Shown here: positions 54,683-64,000 of the stretch, in pieces
Position numbering within the stretch: position 1 is the stretch's first letter
How the letters are laid out: every line of letters begins with the position of its first letter
Assembly (NCBI GenBank): GCA_025055015.1
Contig: JANWYQ010000055.1
Span: 41,371 to 105,370 of the forward strand
Reading direction: 5' to 3'
DNA length: 64,000 nt
From: Caldilineales bacterium
GTDB taxonomy: Bacteria > Chloroflexota > Anaerolineae > JAAEKA01
The notes under the pieces: generated by a model
The model's database searches: none
Seen by the model: the letters and a program-made list of their open reading frames with translations, nothing else
Told to the model about the DNA's origin: nothing
Position numbers and translations under genes: made by a program

Positions 54683-55747
54683 CTACAGCTCCACCAGGCA
54701 GCCGACGCCCGGCACGTCGGTGGCCACCAGCCACCCCTCCTCGAAGCGGAAGCTGGGCACGCTGGGGTCGCCGATCAGGTCGAAGTGGCCGTCCAGGTCG
54801 CCGTAGCGCACGTTAGGGCTGCTGAGGGCAAAGCCCAGGCCCGCGGCGATGAGCAGGGCCGGCTCGTTCAGGCAGCCCACCATGGTGGCCATGCGCGCCG
54901 CGCGGGCGATGGCGTCCATCTGTCGCGCGTTGATCAGGCCGCCGCAGGTGGCCAGCTTGACGCTGATGCCGTGGGCCGCGCGCGTGGTGGCTACGGCCAG
55001 GGCCGACGCGGGGCCGACCACGCTCTGGCTGGCGAGGATGGGCACCGGGCTGAGCTCCGTCACCTGGCGGAGGGCATCTAGGTTGCCCGCCGGCGTGGGC
55101 TGCTCCAGGAACTCGATCGTGCCCTCCAGCGCACGGGCCACGTCCAGCGCCTCGCGCACGGTGTAGCCCTGGTCGGCGTCCAGCCGAAGGGTCAGGTTGG
55201 GCAGCGCGTCGCGGACGGCCCGCACCCGGCGCACGTCCTCCTCGGCGCTCAGGCCGCCCTTGATCTTCAGGATGCGGAAGCCCTGTCGGGCCCGCTCTTG
55301 CGCCAGCTCCACCGTCTCCCGAACCGGCGCGATGCCCACGGTGACCGAGGTCTGGATGCGGTAGCGATAGCCGCCCAGCAGCCGGTGAAGCGGCAGGCCG
55401 GCGGCCAGCCCCAGCAGGTCGTGGAAGGCGACGTCGAACGCGCACTGGGCCGAGGGCGTATCGCGGGTAAGGGTAGACAGCTCTGCCAGCGCGTACTCGG
55501 TGTTGAGGGGGTTGAGGTCCACCGCCATGGCGGCGCACTGGCGGCAGACCCGCGTCACTTGGTCCAGCGTCTCGCCGGTCAGCGAGGTGTCGAAGGCGGC
55601 GCATCCCCAGGCGCTGCGGCCATCGCTCAGGTCCATGCGCACGAACACCGCAGCAGCCTTGGCCACCTCCGGCTCCTCGTAGGCGACGCGGTAGGGGACC
55701 TTCAGCTTGAACTCTACGGGTGTGACTTCGACGTGGGTGATCTGCAT
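54683..55747 (-). CDS. Dipeptide epimerase-like enzyme (enolase superfamily)
   Basis: KIK, LDADQG, EQP, VKL..CGG, DLDG. Confidence 0.82.
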   Translation of the reverse strand: MQITHVEVTPVEFKLKVPYRVAYEEPEVAKAAAVFVRMDLSDGRSAWGCAAFDTSLTGETLDQVTRVCRQCAAMAVDLNPLNTEYALAELSTLTRDTPSAQCAFDVAFHDLLGLAAGLPLHRLLGGYRYRIQTSVTVGIAPVRETVELAQERARQGFRILKIKGGLSAEEDVRRVRAVRDALPNLTLRLDADQGYTVREALDVARALEGTIEFLEQPTPAGNLDALRQVTELSPVPILASQSVVGPASALAVATTRAAHGISVKLATCGGLINARQMDAIARAARMATMVGCLNEPALLIAAGLGFALSSPNVRYGDLDGHFDLIGDPSVPSFRFEEGWLVATDVPGVGCLVEL

Positions 55748-55756
55748 AGGCGCACC

Positions 55757-56011
55757 TCAAGGGTTGCGATTTTGGATCAGGCGTCCGACGCGGGGTACCC
55801 GGTTGAACACTGAGGCATCGTGGGGCGCCTTGCGCAGCGAGCGGGTCAGGTCGAGGCCGGCGTAGTGCATGTTGCGGTGCATGCCGTCTCGCCACAAGGG
55901 GGAGTTGGTGACGTCGTAGACCACGCCGTCGTAGGCGATGTAGGCCGGCCGGCCCCGTTCGCCGTTGTACTGCCGCAGCTCGGCCTCGGTGAACCAGCGC
56001 TCCTCCGCCAT
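55757..56011 (-). CDS. Cytochrome b5-like heme/steroid-binding protein
   Basis: FT..EL.QYNG, YIA..G.VYDVT, H.AG.DLT, APH. Confidence 0.88.
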   Translation of the reverse strand: MAEERWFTEAELRQYNGERGRPAYIAYDGVVYDVTNSPLWRDGMHRNMHYAGLDLTRSLRKAPHDASVFNRVPRVGRLIQNRNP

Positions 56012-56499
56012 CAGGCCGCGCTCCCACCGGTCAGCTCGGCCAGGTGCTCGTAGTCGTGCTCGATCAAGCCCTCCAGGAAGCGGGCCACGCTTACGCTGCC
56101 GCCCGCCACCGGGTGCTCCTGGAAGACCTGCTCCGGGGTGGCCCAGCCCAGGTTCCAGAGCAGCTCCTCGCGGATCAGCGCTAGGTCCCGGATCACCTCG
56201 TCCCAGGACCAGTCGCGCTTGCGCAGGTACTCCCGCCGGTTCCAGGCGTCCACCTCCTCCTCGCCGTGCAACCACTCGATGCGGTCGGCGTGGCCGTTGA
56301 TCAGGTGCTGGATCAGGGTGATGTAGCGGTTCTCCCAGCTGGCGATATGGCCCACGATGTCCTTGGGGGACCAGCCGTCGTCGCGCGCCGGCCGGCTGCG
56401 CTGCGCTTCGGGCAGGTCGCGGGCGACGGCCAGCAGCGCGTTGCGGGCCTCGATCAGACGCTGGACCAGGGCGTTCTTGTCGGAAGGGTTCACGTCCAT
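56011..56499 (-). CDS. DinB-family protein
   Basis: WSPKDIVGHIASWE and HDYEH. Confidence 0.82.
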   Translation of the reverse strand: MDVNPSDKNALVQRLIEARNALLAVARDLPEAQRSRPARDDGWSPKDIVGHIASWENRYITLIQHLINGHADRIEWLHGEEEVDAWNRREYLRKRDWSWDEVIRDLALIREELLWNLGWATPEQVFQEHPVAGGSVSVARFLEGLIEHDYEHLAELTGGSAA

Positions 56500-56661
56500 C
56501 GCTCGGTTCACGCTCTCGAAACTGGTCAACCGCCGGCGCACCGATGCTACGCCCGCAGACGTTCCGCCCGGCCCTGAAGGCCGTCCGGCAACTCCACAGC
56601 GTCCCCTCCCCGGCTGCTCGGCCCTCTGTCGTTGTCCAACAGCGGGCGCGCCGTGGCGCTC

Positions 56662-57870
56662 TCACGGCTGCGCCTTGTGGCCGTCCTCGTGGCTGAGATA
56701 GCTGGCGGCGATGGCGGCCAGGATGGCCGCGCCCAGGGGCAGGGCGGCCTCGTCGATGTTGAAGCGGGGGCTGTGGTGGGGCTCGCCCCGCTCCAGGCCG
56801 GCCGGCTGCGCGCCCAGCACGAAGTAGCAGCCGGGCACTCGCTTCAAGAACTCGGCCATGTCCTCGGCCGCCAGGATCAGCGTGCCTTCCCCGACGGCGT
56901 CCTCGCCCAGGATCGCCGCGGCCACGCGGCGCAGCCGCTCGGTGGGCTCGGGATGGTTTGCCAGCGGCGGCACGTGCTCGCTGAAGCGCAGGGTGTAGCC
57001 GGCGCCGTGGGCTGCGGTCACCCCCTGCAACACCGTGTGCATGTGGCGGATGACCTCTGCGCGCACGGCCTCGTCGAACGCGCGCAGGGTGCCGCTCATC
57101 TGCACCCGCTCGGCCACCACGTTGAACGCGCCGCCGGTGTGCAGGGTGCCGATGGTCACCACGGCCGGCTGCAGGGGGTCCAGGCTGCGGCTGATCACCG
57201 ACTGGAGCTGCACAATGGCGTAGGCGGCCACCACTACGGCGTCCACGCCGGTGTGGGGCAGGGCGCCGTGGGTGCCGCGGCCCACGATCTCGATGTCGAA
57301 GCGGTCGGCCGAGGCCCATTGAGGGCCGCTTCTAACCACGGCCTTGCCCACGGGAAGCTGGCTCCACAGGTGCAGGCCGAAGGCTACGTCGGGCCGCGGG
57401 TCGGCCAGCGCGCCGTCGGCGATCATCGCCTGTGCGCCGGCGCCTACCTCCTCGGCCGGCTGGAAGACGAACTTGACGCGGCCGGCCAGCTCCTGCTGGC
57501 GCTCGGCCAGCAGCGTCGCCACCCCTAGGCCGATGGCGGTGTGGCCGTCGTGGCCGCACGCGTGCATCCGGCCGGGCGCCTTCGACGCGAAGGGCAGCCC
57601 CGTCTCCTCGTGCACCGGCAGCGCGTCCATGTCGAAGCGCAGCATCACCGTTGGGCCGTCCGCAACGCCCTCCAACACGCCCACCACGCCGGTGCGGCCG
57701 ACGCCGGTGCGCACCTCCAGGCCCAGGCCGGCCAGGTGGGCCGCCACGATGCCCGCGGTGCGGCGCTCTTCGAAGGCCAGCTCCGGGTGCTGATGCAGGT
57801 CGCGACGCCAGGCCGTCAGCTGGGCCTGCAGCGCACGAGCGCGGCTGAGAAAGGCGGGAAAGTCGCTCAT
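56662..57870 (-). CDS. M20D amidohydrolase
   Basis: H.HPELAFEE, LRFDMDALP, MHACGHDGH, FQPAEE, AEDM, HHSP.F. Confidence 0.9.
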   Translation of the reverse strand: MSDFPAFLSRARALQAQLTAWRRDLHQHPELAFEERRTAGIVAAHLAGLGLEVRTGVGRTGVVGVLEGVADGPTVMLRFDMDALPVHEETGLPFASKAPGRMHACGHDGHTAIGLGVATLLAERQQELAGRVKFVFQPAEEVGAGAQAMIADGALADPRPDVAFGLHLWSQLPVGKAVVRSGPQWASADRFDIEIVGRGTHGALPHTGVDAVVVAAYAIVQLQSVISRSLDPLQPAVVTIGTLHTGGAFNVVAERVQMSGTLRAFDEAVRAEVIRHMHTVLQGVTAAHGAGYTLRFSEHVPPLANHPEPTERLRRVAAAILGEDAVGEGTLILAAEDMAEFLKRVPGCYFVLGAQPAGLERGEPHHSPRFNIDEAALPLGAAILAAIAASYLSHEDGHKAQP

Positions 57871-57871
57871 G

Positions 57872-58981
57872 TCAGGCCTCCTGGGGCACGGATCGGCGAT
57901 CCAACAGGGCCAAGTTGCGCCGGGCGTGGTGGTAACCGCGCATGACGAACTCCGGCCAGCGGCCGCGATCCACCCACAGCTCGTAGAAGCGGATCCCCTG
58001 GCTCTCGTGGAAGTCCACGGGGTGGAGAAGGAGGCTGCGATTCTGGACAAGCCGCCACTGCATGCGCGCCGCCTCGAGGCGCTGGCTGCGGCGAGCCTGC
58101 CGGCTCAGGGCCAAGGGGTTGAGGCGTCCCCAGCCCGTCAGCTCCTGACCCCGCAGGTCGGGCGGGAGGAGCACGTTGATACCGATGACGAAGTCCACCT
58201 CCGGGTGGTAGCGCACCAGCGGCTCAACCGGCAAGGGGTTGGCCACTGCGCCGTCGCAGCAGAGCGAGCCCTGGATCTCCACCGGCTGGGTGATGCCCGG
58301 CAGGGTGACTGCCAAGCGGGCCAGCCGGCTCAGCCGCACCTCTGGCGTGGGCCGGCTGCCGAGGTAGAGCACCCGGTTGTTCTCCACGTCCCAGGCGTGG
58401 GTGTAGAAGGGGGTTGCCAGGTCCCCCAACACGACGCCGTCCAGCCGCCGGTGGTAGAGGTACTCCACCACCTCCGCGTTCAACAGGCCGGGGAAGTGGC
58501 GGCCGAGGGTCAAGGGCAGCTTGGCCAGCGCCGACCAGTCGGGCTCGATGTAGTCCTGCTGTCGCCAGCTGAAGATGAACTCCAGAGCCTCCTGGACGCT
58601 CAGGCCGGCGGCGACGGGCGCCAGGAACAGGGCCGAGCCCGAACAGGCGGAGATGGCTGCGATCTCCAGGCCCGCCTCTTGGCAAGCGCGCATCACGCCC
58701 AGCGCGCTGATCGCCGCGCCGCTGCCGCCCGTGGCCACGATGCCCACCCGTTTGCCCTGGAGACAGCGAACGGTGAAGGGGCGCCACGGCGCAAACAGGT
58801 CGGTCTCCAGGGTGGGCTCGCGGTCCACCAGGGGGAGGGGGAGCAGCCCGCGGCGCAGGGTTCGCAGCGACGACACGCCGGCCCGGAGCCCCTCGGCCGC
58901 TGCCTCCACCTGGTGCGATGTGCGGCCGGCCCACCGCCGAACCTCCTTGCTCAGCTGCGAGTCGAGAGCTCGCGCCACCAT
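57872..58981 (-). CDS. Patatin-like phospholipase family protein
   Basis: GGSG glycine loop, ACSGS at the nucleophile elbow, CDGA..NP.P. Confidence 0.75.
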   Translation of the reverse strand: MVARALDSQLSKEVRRWAGRTSHQVEAAAEGLRAGVSSLRTLRRGLLPLPLVDREPTLETDLFAPWRPFTVRCLQGKRVGIVATGGSGAAISALGVMRACQEAGLEIAAISACSGSALFLAPVAAGLSVQEALEFIFSWRQQDYIEPDWSALAKLPLTLGRHFPGLLNAEVVEYLYHRRLDGVVLGDLATPFYTHAWDVENNRVLYLGSRPTPEVRLSRLARLAVTLPGITQPVEIQGSLCCDGAVANPLPVEPLVRYHPEVDFVIGINVLLPPDLRGQELTGWGRLNPLALSRQARRSQRLEAARMQWRLVQNRSLLLHPVDFHESQGIRFYELWVDRGRWPEFVMRGYHHARRNLALLDRRSVPQEA

Positions 58982-58995
58982 AGGTCCTCCATCGC

Positions 58996-59496
58996 TTAGC
59001 CGCCGTACGACCAGGGCGTGCTGGCCAGGTTGAGGGAGCGCGCGTCGGGGCGGCGCACGCCGCCGCCCACCACCTCCGCCACGAAGAGCGCATGGTCGCC
59101 GCCGGCGTTGGCTTCCTCCACCACCTGACATTCCAACCAAGCCACGGTGTCCAACAGCAGCGGCGCGCCGGTGCGCAGGCCCGGCTCCCATGGGTAGCCC
59201 GCCAGGTCGCTGCCGACGGCGGTGGTCACCCGGCGGAAGAACGCGCTGGCCAGCTCCTCCTGCCCCGCGCCGACGATGTTCAGGGCGAACCGGCCGACTT
59301 CCCGCAGCACCTGGACCATCTGGCCGTCCTTGCGCACGGCGATGGCCACCCGCTTGGGCTGCAGGCTGACCTGGGTCACCCAGCTGATGATGCCGCCATG
59401 CACCTCGTCGCCCTGGCGGCAGGTGAGGACGTGCAGACCGTACTGGAACAGGCGAAGGGCCGCCCGTGGATTGGCTATGGCTTCGGTAGAGGGCAT
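58996..59496 (-). CDS. Flavin reductase-like protein
   Basis: YGL.VLT, SWVTQVS..P, G.PLL....WLEC.V, GDH.LFVAEV, YGG. Confidence 0.88.
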   Translation of the reverse strand: MPSTEAIANPRAALRLFQYGLHVLTCRQGDEVHGGIISWVTQVSLQPKRVAIAVRKDGQMVQVLREVGRFALNIVGAGQEELASAFFRRVTTAVGSDLAGYPWEPGLRTGAPLLLDTVAWLECQVVEEANAGGDHALFVAEVVGGGVRRPDARSLNLASTPWSYGG

Positions 59497-59587
59497 GAAC
59501 TTCTCGGAACGACGGTGTGGGTGATCTTCAGCCTTGGCAGAGGCTCCCGTTGAGGCCCTTTCGGCCGGTGGAGCCGAAGGCGACGGC

Positions 59588-60712
59588 TCACCACAGGCCG
59601 GGGACCTCTGAGCTGGTGAGCGCTGCCAGGATCTCCTCGCGCCACTGGGGCAGCAGGTCGGCGGCCGCACGCACCATGCCCCAGCAGCCGGCCATCATCT
59701 GGTCGCCGTAGGGCACGGCGAAGTAGATGGGCAACCGGCTGCGGGCCAGCATGGCTCGCCGCGGGCCCGTGACCGCCACGAAGGACATTGGCACGGCCGT
59801 CCCGTCCAACACCAGCGCGCCGTGGCCGTGCTCGGCGAACACGGCCTGGTGGGTGATGGAGCCGTCGGCCAGACGGCCCAGCCACGCCTCCAACTGGTCG
59901 GGGCTCAGGAGGCCGGTGTGGTGCTCGAAGAGGCGCACAATCTCGCCGCCCCGGTACTGGAAGGCCAGGCAGTGGAAGTTGCCCACGTTCACCACCAGCG
60001 CGTCGGGCTGGCCGGCTACCTGGGGGTCCTGCAGCGCGCCCAGCACCGCCGCCGGCGCCGTGTCCATGACCAACACGTGCTCGGCGGCCTCCCGGGCCGT
60101 GGACACCGCCGCCTGCAGGCGAGTCATGATGGGGGGCACGGCGTCGGCCGGGAAGGCGAAGGCGGTCAGCCGACGGTCCTCGGCCAGCCGACGGGCCAGA
60201 TAGTCCAGGCGAAACTGGCGGTCGCTGACGTCCGGCGGCGCGTTGCCGTGGTCGAACACAGCCACAGCCAGCACCTCCGGCGCCAAAGCCACGCCGAAAG
60301 CGGTAAAGGCCTGGCGAATGGCGGCAAAATCGAAGTCGCGCATGGTGACGTGGGCTACGTCAGGCCGCGCGGCTAGCTGAGCCGCCTCCTCCGGGCTGAC
60401 GATCACCATCCCCATCTCACGCTGCAGGAGGTCCAGGTCGTCGTTGAAGCTACGCGCAGCGTCCGGCGTGGCAAAGAGGGGCAGGCCGGCGCGACGATGG
60501 TCCTCGGCGGCCCACGCGCTGGGGCCGCCCCCCATGGTGACGCCGGTGAGCACCAGCGGCCGGCCGGCCTGGGTCGCGCGGCGGATCTGCGCCGCGACGG
60601 CCAGCGTGGGGGAGGGCATCACCAGCTTCAGACAGTTCTCCGGCGCGCGACGGCTGTCGAACAACAGGATGTCCTGGGTGCCGGTCCCGACATCTACGGC
60701 GAGGAGCTGCAT
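59588..60712 (-). CDS. DUF1786-family protein (ASKHA-like fold)
   Basis: AVDVGTGTQDI, G.TMGGGP, FDHG, MDT..AA.LG, NVGNFH, FEHHT, P.GD.MM.GC.G. Confidence 0.78.
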   Translation of the reverse strand: MQLLAVDVGTGTQDILLFDSRRAPENCLKLVMPSPTLAVAAQIRRATQAGRPLVLTGVTMGGGPSAWAAEDHRRAGLPLFATPDAARSFNDDLDLLQREMGMVIVSPEEAAQLAARPDVAHVTMRDFDFAAIRQAFTAFGVALAPEVLAVAVFDHGNAPPDVSDRQFRLDYLARRLAEDRRLTAFAFPADAVPPIMTRLQAAVSTAREAAEHVLVMDTAPAAVLGALQDPQVAGQPDALVVNVGNFHCLAFQYRGGEIVRLFEHHTGLLSPDQLEAWLGRLADGSITHQAVFAEHGHGALVLDGTAVPMSFVAVTGPRRAMLARSRLPIYFAVPYGDQMMAGCWGMVRAAADLLPQWREEILAALTSSEVPGLW

Positions 60713-60873
60713 GGGCGTGTACCTCCAAGCACACGGGCATTATACTCTAGCACCGAGCTTTCCCGGAAAACTCCGAAGTTTCCCGGAATGCTCAGGAACG
60801 CATATAATAGGCGTGACTTCCACGCTTGTGCTCTGTTGTTTCTTGTGTCTGCATCCGGTGGAAGGAGGACCCC

Positions 60874-61446
60874 GTGGACGGGTTATTCGGCGGTTCCATC
60901 ACGTTGAACTGCATTTACTTTGCCTTGACCGTCGCGGGCGTGGTGTTTGCCTTGTTGACCCTGCTGGTGGGTGAGCTGTTCGGGGATGTTGACGGGGGCG
61001 GAGACTTCGACGCGGGAGATGGAGCAACGGACGGCGACCTGGTCATCTTCAGCCCCATCACGCTGGCCACCTTTGTGACGGCCTTCGGCGCGGCCGGCCT
61101 GATCAGCACCCTGGGGTTCAACGTAGACGCGCGCACCAGCCTGGTGATCGCCTTCGGCGCGGCTATGGCGCTGAGCCTGCTGGTGGCGGCGGTGTACAGC
61201 AAGATTCTCACTGAGATGCAGAGCAGCACCAACATTCGCCCGGCCGACATGGTGGGCAAGGTGGGCCAGGTGACGGTGACCGTGCCCGCCGACGGCCTGG
61301 GCGAGGCGATCATTGAGATCTCAGGCGAGCGCTACATCAAGGCTGCCCGCTCCTTCGACAACGCCCCGATCCCCCGGGGCGCCACGGTGGTGGTGAGGGA
61401 GGTGGTGGGCGGCGTGTTGGTGGTCGAGCCTCGCCATTCCGGCTAG
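60874..61446 (+). CDS. NfeD-like membrane protein (YuaF/YqiJ type)
   Basis: Three TM segments plus OB-fold-like C-terminus; GTG after AAGGAGG; directly upstream of flotillin. Confidence 0.8.
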   Translation: MDGLFGGSITLNCIYFALTVAGVVFALLTLLVGELFGDVDGGGDFDAGDGATDGDLVIFSPITLATFVTAFGAAGLISTLGFNVDARTSLVIAFGAAMALSLLVAAVYSKILTEMQSSTNIRPADMVGKVGQVTVTVPADGLGEAIIEISGERYIKAARSFDNAPIPRGATVVVREVVGGVLVVEPRHSG

Positions 61447-61464
61447 CACGTCAGGAGGTTCCCC

Positions 61465-62928
61465 ATGCCTGAGCTGGCAACCCTTGCCTGTGTCATCGTC
61501 GCCGTGCCCGTGGTGTTGATCGCCATGGCCATCGTTTTCGCCAAGCGCTACTTCAAGGTCGGCCCCAACGAGGTGCTGGTGATCTCCGGCGGCCGGCGTC
61601 GCAGGGATGGCCAGGCCTACCGCATCGTGCGCGGGGGCGGCACCTTCGTTTTGCCGGTGTTCGAGCGGGTGGACCGGCTCTCCATGGAGGTGATGACCAT
61701 TGACGTGGTCACCCACCGGGTGTACACCGTGCAGGGTGTGCCCATCACCGTGGACGGCGTGGCCCAGGTGTCCATTGACCCCAGCGACTCCGCCATCCGC
61801 ACGGCCGCCCAGCTCTTCCTCTCCAAGACCGAGGACGAGATCCGCAACGTGGCCCTGCAGACCCTGGAGGGCCACCTGCGGGCCATCCTGGGCACCTTGA
61901 CGGTGGAGGAGGTGTACCGCGACCGCGACGCCTTCGCCCAGCGGGTGCAAGAGGTGTCCTCCGGCGACATGGCGGCCATGGGCCTGCGCATCATCTCCTT
62001 CACCATCAAGGACATCCAGGACGACCAGGGCTACCTGGATGCGCTGGGCCAGAAGCGCACCGCCGAGGTGAAGCGCGACGCGGCCATCGGCCAGGCCGAG
62101 GCCGCGCGCGACGCCACCATCAAGAGCGCCGAGGCGCGCCAGGCGGGCGAGACGGCCAAGTTCCTGGCGGAGGCCCGCATCGCCGAGTCCCAGAAGAACT
62201 ACGCCGTCCAGAAGGCGGCCTTTGACCTGGAGACCAACCAGCGCCGCGCCGAGGCCGACCTGGCCTACAAGCTGCAGGAGGCCAAGACCAGCCAGCTGGT
62301 GAAGGAGCAGGAGATCCAGATCGAGGTGGTGGCCAAGCAGAAGCAGATCGAGGTGCAGGAGCAGGAGGTCCGCCGCCGCGAGAAGGAACTGGAGGCCACC
62401 GTGCGCAAGCCGGCCGAGGCAGAGCGCTACCGCATCGAGACCCTGGCCGACGCCGAGCGGTTCAAGCGGCTGGCGGAGGCCCAGGGCCAGGCCGCAGCCA
62501 CCCAGGCCATCGGCGAGGGCGAAGCGGCGGCCATCCGCGCTCGCGGCCTGGCCGAGGCGGAGGTGATCAAGGCCAAGGGCCTGGCCGAGGCGGAGATCAT
62601 CCGTGCCCAGGGCTTCGCCGAGGCCGAGGCCATGGAGAAGAAGGCGGCGGCCTGGAAGCAGTACAACCAGGCGGCCGTGATCCAGCAGCTCATCGAGGCC
62701 CTGCCGCAGGTGGCAGCGGCCATCGCCCAGCCGTTGGCCCAGACCGATCGCATCGTGGTGATCAGCAGCGGCGACGGCGCCGGAGCCGGCGCGTCCAAGG
62801 TGACGGCCGACATTGCCAACATCGTGGCGCAGGTGCCGGCTACGGTGGAAGCCCTCACAGGCGTGGACCTGGTGAAGGCCATCTCGGAGCTGCCGGGGTT
62901 GGGCCAGGTGGTGCGCAGCGAGCCGTGA
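61465..62928 (+). CDS. Flotillin / SPFH-domain protein
   Basis: PNE.LVISG, LEGHLRAILG.LTVEE, D..GYL.ALG, AEA-rich coiled coil. Confidence 0.93.
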   Translation: MPELATLACVIVAVPVVLIAMAIVFAKRYFKVGPNEVLVISGGRRRRDGQAYRIVRGGGTFVLPVFERVDRLSMEVMTIDVVTHRVYTVQGVPITVDGVAQVSIDPSDSAIRTAAQLFLSKTEDEIRNVALQTLEGHLRAILGTLTVEEVYRDRDAFAQRVQEVSSGDMAAMGLRIISFTIKDIQDDQGYLDALGQKRTAEVKRDAAIGQAEAARDATIKSAEARQAGETAKFLAEARIAESQKNYAVQKAAFDLETNQRRAEADLAYKLQEAKTSQLVKEQEIQIEVVAKQKQIEVQEQEVRRREKELEATVRKPAEAERYRIETLADAERFKRLAEAQGQAAATQAIGEGEAAAIRARGLAEAEVIKAKGLAEAEIIRAQGFAEAEAMEKKAAAWKQYNQAAVIQQLIEALPQVAAAIAQPLAQTDRIVVISSGDGAGAGASKVTADIANIVAQVPATVEALTGVDLVKAISELPGLGQVVRSEP

Positions 62929-63863
62929 GCGCGTCCCGCCCTCCGTTGAGCCGCCGGCAGGCCTGGTGGCTGGCCATTCGCCCTCGCACCCTGCCGGCGG
63001 CCGTCGGTCCCATCCTGGTGGGCGCGGCGCTGGCCATCGCCGCAGGCGCCTTTCGGCCCCTGGTGGCGCTGGTGGCGCTGGCCGTGGCCCTGCTGCTGCA
63101 GATCGCCAGCAACCTAGCCAACGACTACTACGACTTCGTCAAGGGGTACGACCAGGCCGACCGCAAGGGGCCCCTGCGAGTGGCCGCCAGCGGTCTGTTG
63201 CCGCTGAACGAGCTGCGGCGGGGGCTGTTGCTGGTGCTGGCGCTGGCCGCGCTGCTGGGCAGCTATCTCATCTACGTGGGGGGCTGGCCGATCCTGCTGT
63301 TGGGCGCTGCAGCGCTGTTGGCGGCCGTGATCTACAGCGGCGGCCCCTTCCCGCTGGCTGCCCACGGCCTGGGAGACCTGTTTGTGTTCCTCTTCTTCGG
63401 GCTGGCCGCTGTCGTGGGGACGTTCTATCTGCAGGCGGGGACGGCGCCCTCGCCCGTGTGGCTGGTCGCTGTAGCGCCGGGCGCGCTGGTGACGGCCATC
63501 CTGGTGGTGAACAACCTGCGGGACATGGAGAGCGACCGGCGAGTGGGCAAGCGCACCCTGGCCGTGCGCTTGGGCGCGCAGGGCACCCGGCGGGAGTACG
63601 ACTTGCTGCTGTTGGCTGCCTACGCCGTCCCCGTGGCGATGCTGGCGCTGGAGTTGGCCAGGGATGGCGGCGGCGCGGCCGGCCTGCGCTGGCTGCTGCC
63701 GTGGCTGACCCTGCCGCAAGCCCTGCGCCTGCGCCAAGCCTTGACGGCCTGCACCGACGGTCCCGCCATGAACCGGGCCTTGGCCGGCACTGCGCGGCTC
63801 AGCCTGATCTTCAGCGTGCTGTTGGCCGTGGCCATTGCTCTGCCTGCCCTCTGGGCTGTTTGA
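62925..63863 (+). CDS. menA: 1,4-dihydroxy-2-naphthoate polyprenyltransferase
   Basis: RPRTLPAA, NLANDYYD..KG.D, Y.GGPFP, NNLRD...D...GKRTLAVRLG. Confidence 0.94.
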   Translation: MSASRPPLSRRQAWWLAIRPRTLPAAVGPILVGAALAIAAGAFRPLVALVALAVALLLQIASNLANDYYDFVKGYDQADRKGPLRVAASGLLPLNELRRGLLLVLALAALLGSYLIYVGGWPILLLGAAALLAAVIYSGGPFPLAAHGLGDLFVFLFFGLAAVVGTFYLQAGTAPSPVWLVAVAPGALVTAILVVNNLRDMESDRRVGKRTLAVRLGAQGTRREYDLLLLAAYAVPVAMLALELARDGGGAAGLRWLLPWLTLPQALRLRQALTACTDGPAMNRALAGTARLSLIFSVLLAVAIALPALWAV

Positions 63864-64000
63864 CTTTCCCCTGCGCTGGGGGTATACTGAAGTAGCCTGC
63901 AGCCACCGGTCGCCGACTTGTCAAAGCCACTGTTGCTTGAGCCTGTCAAAGCCTCCGTGCCCTCGACATGCTCAGCCGGCTTCAACAAGCTCAGCCGGCG

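Overview
High-GC bacterial chromosomal window. Gene content (LysW lysine pathway, F420 genes, repeat-rich intergenic DNA) suggests a Chloroflexota-like organism; this is inference only. From left to right: (1) a lower-GC pair of a >1000-aa unknown protein and a 1662-aa DEAH/DUF1998 helicase, resembling Druantia type III defence; (2) a DUF2804-like gene; (3) a LysW-dependent alpha-aminoadipate lysine operon (lysW-X-Y-Z-J-hcs-lysT/U fusion-hicdh-lysK). It is preceded by an unannotated Lys-codon leader peptide with mutually exclusive terminator/antiterminator hairpins, and interrupted by an antisense antitoxin plus deleted-PIN-toxin cassette between 14-bp direct repeats; (4) amidohydrolase, HAD, split formate dehydrogenase, coiled-coil repeat protein, ABC-2 exporter, subtilisin, P450 and sugar catabolism genes; (5) an envelope cluster (site-2 protease, SH3/PKD/META protein, LysM); (6) a DNA-repair-like cluster (AlkZ-related, Uma2, EndoQ-UvrD fusion); (7) RNase-barstar; (8) a polyamine operon (pdaD-speB-DHS-like); (9) a second antitoxin/toxin remnant; (10) an F420 cluster with CofC in frame with a PPOX protein; (11) nfeD-flotillin-menA. 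Short 7-10 nt tandem repeats occur throughout, both at gene junctions and as in-frame insertions in enzymes. No rRNA, tRNA, CRISPR array or transposase was recognised. All family calls come from motif recognition by eye, not database searches.
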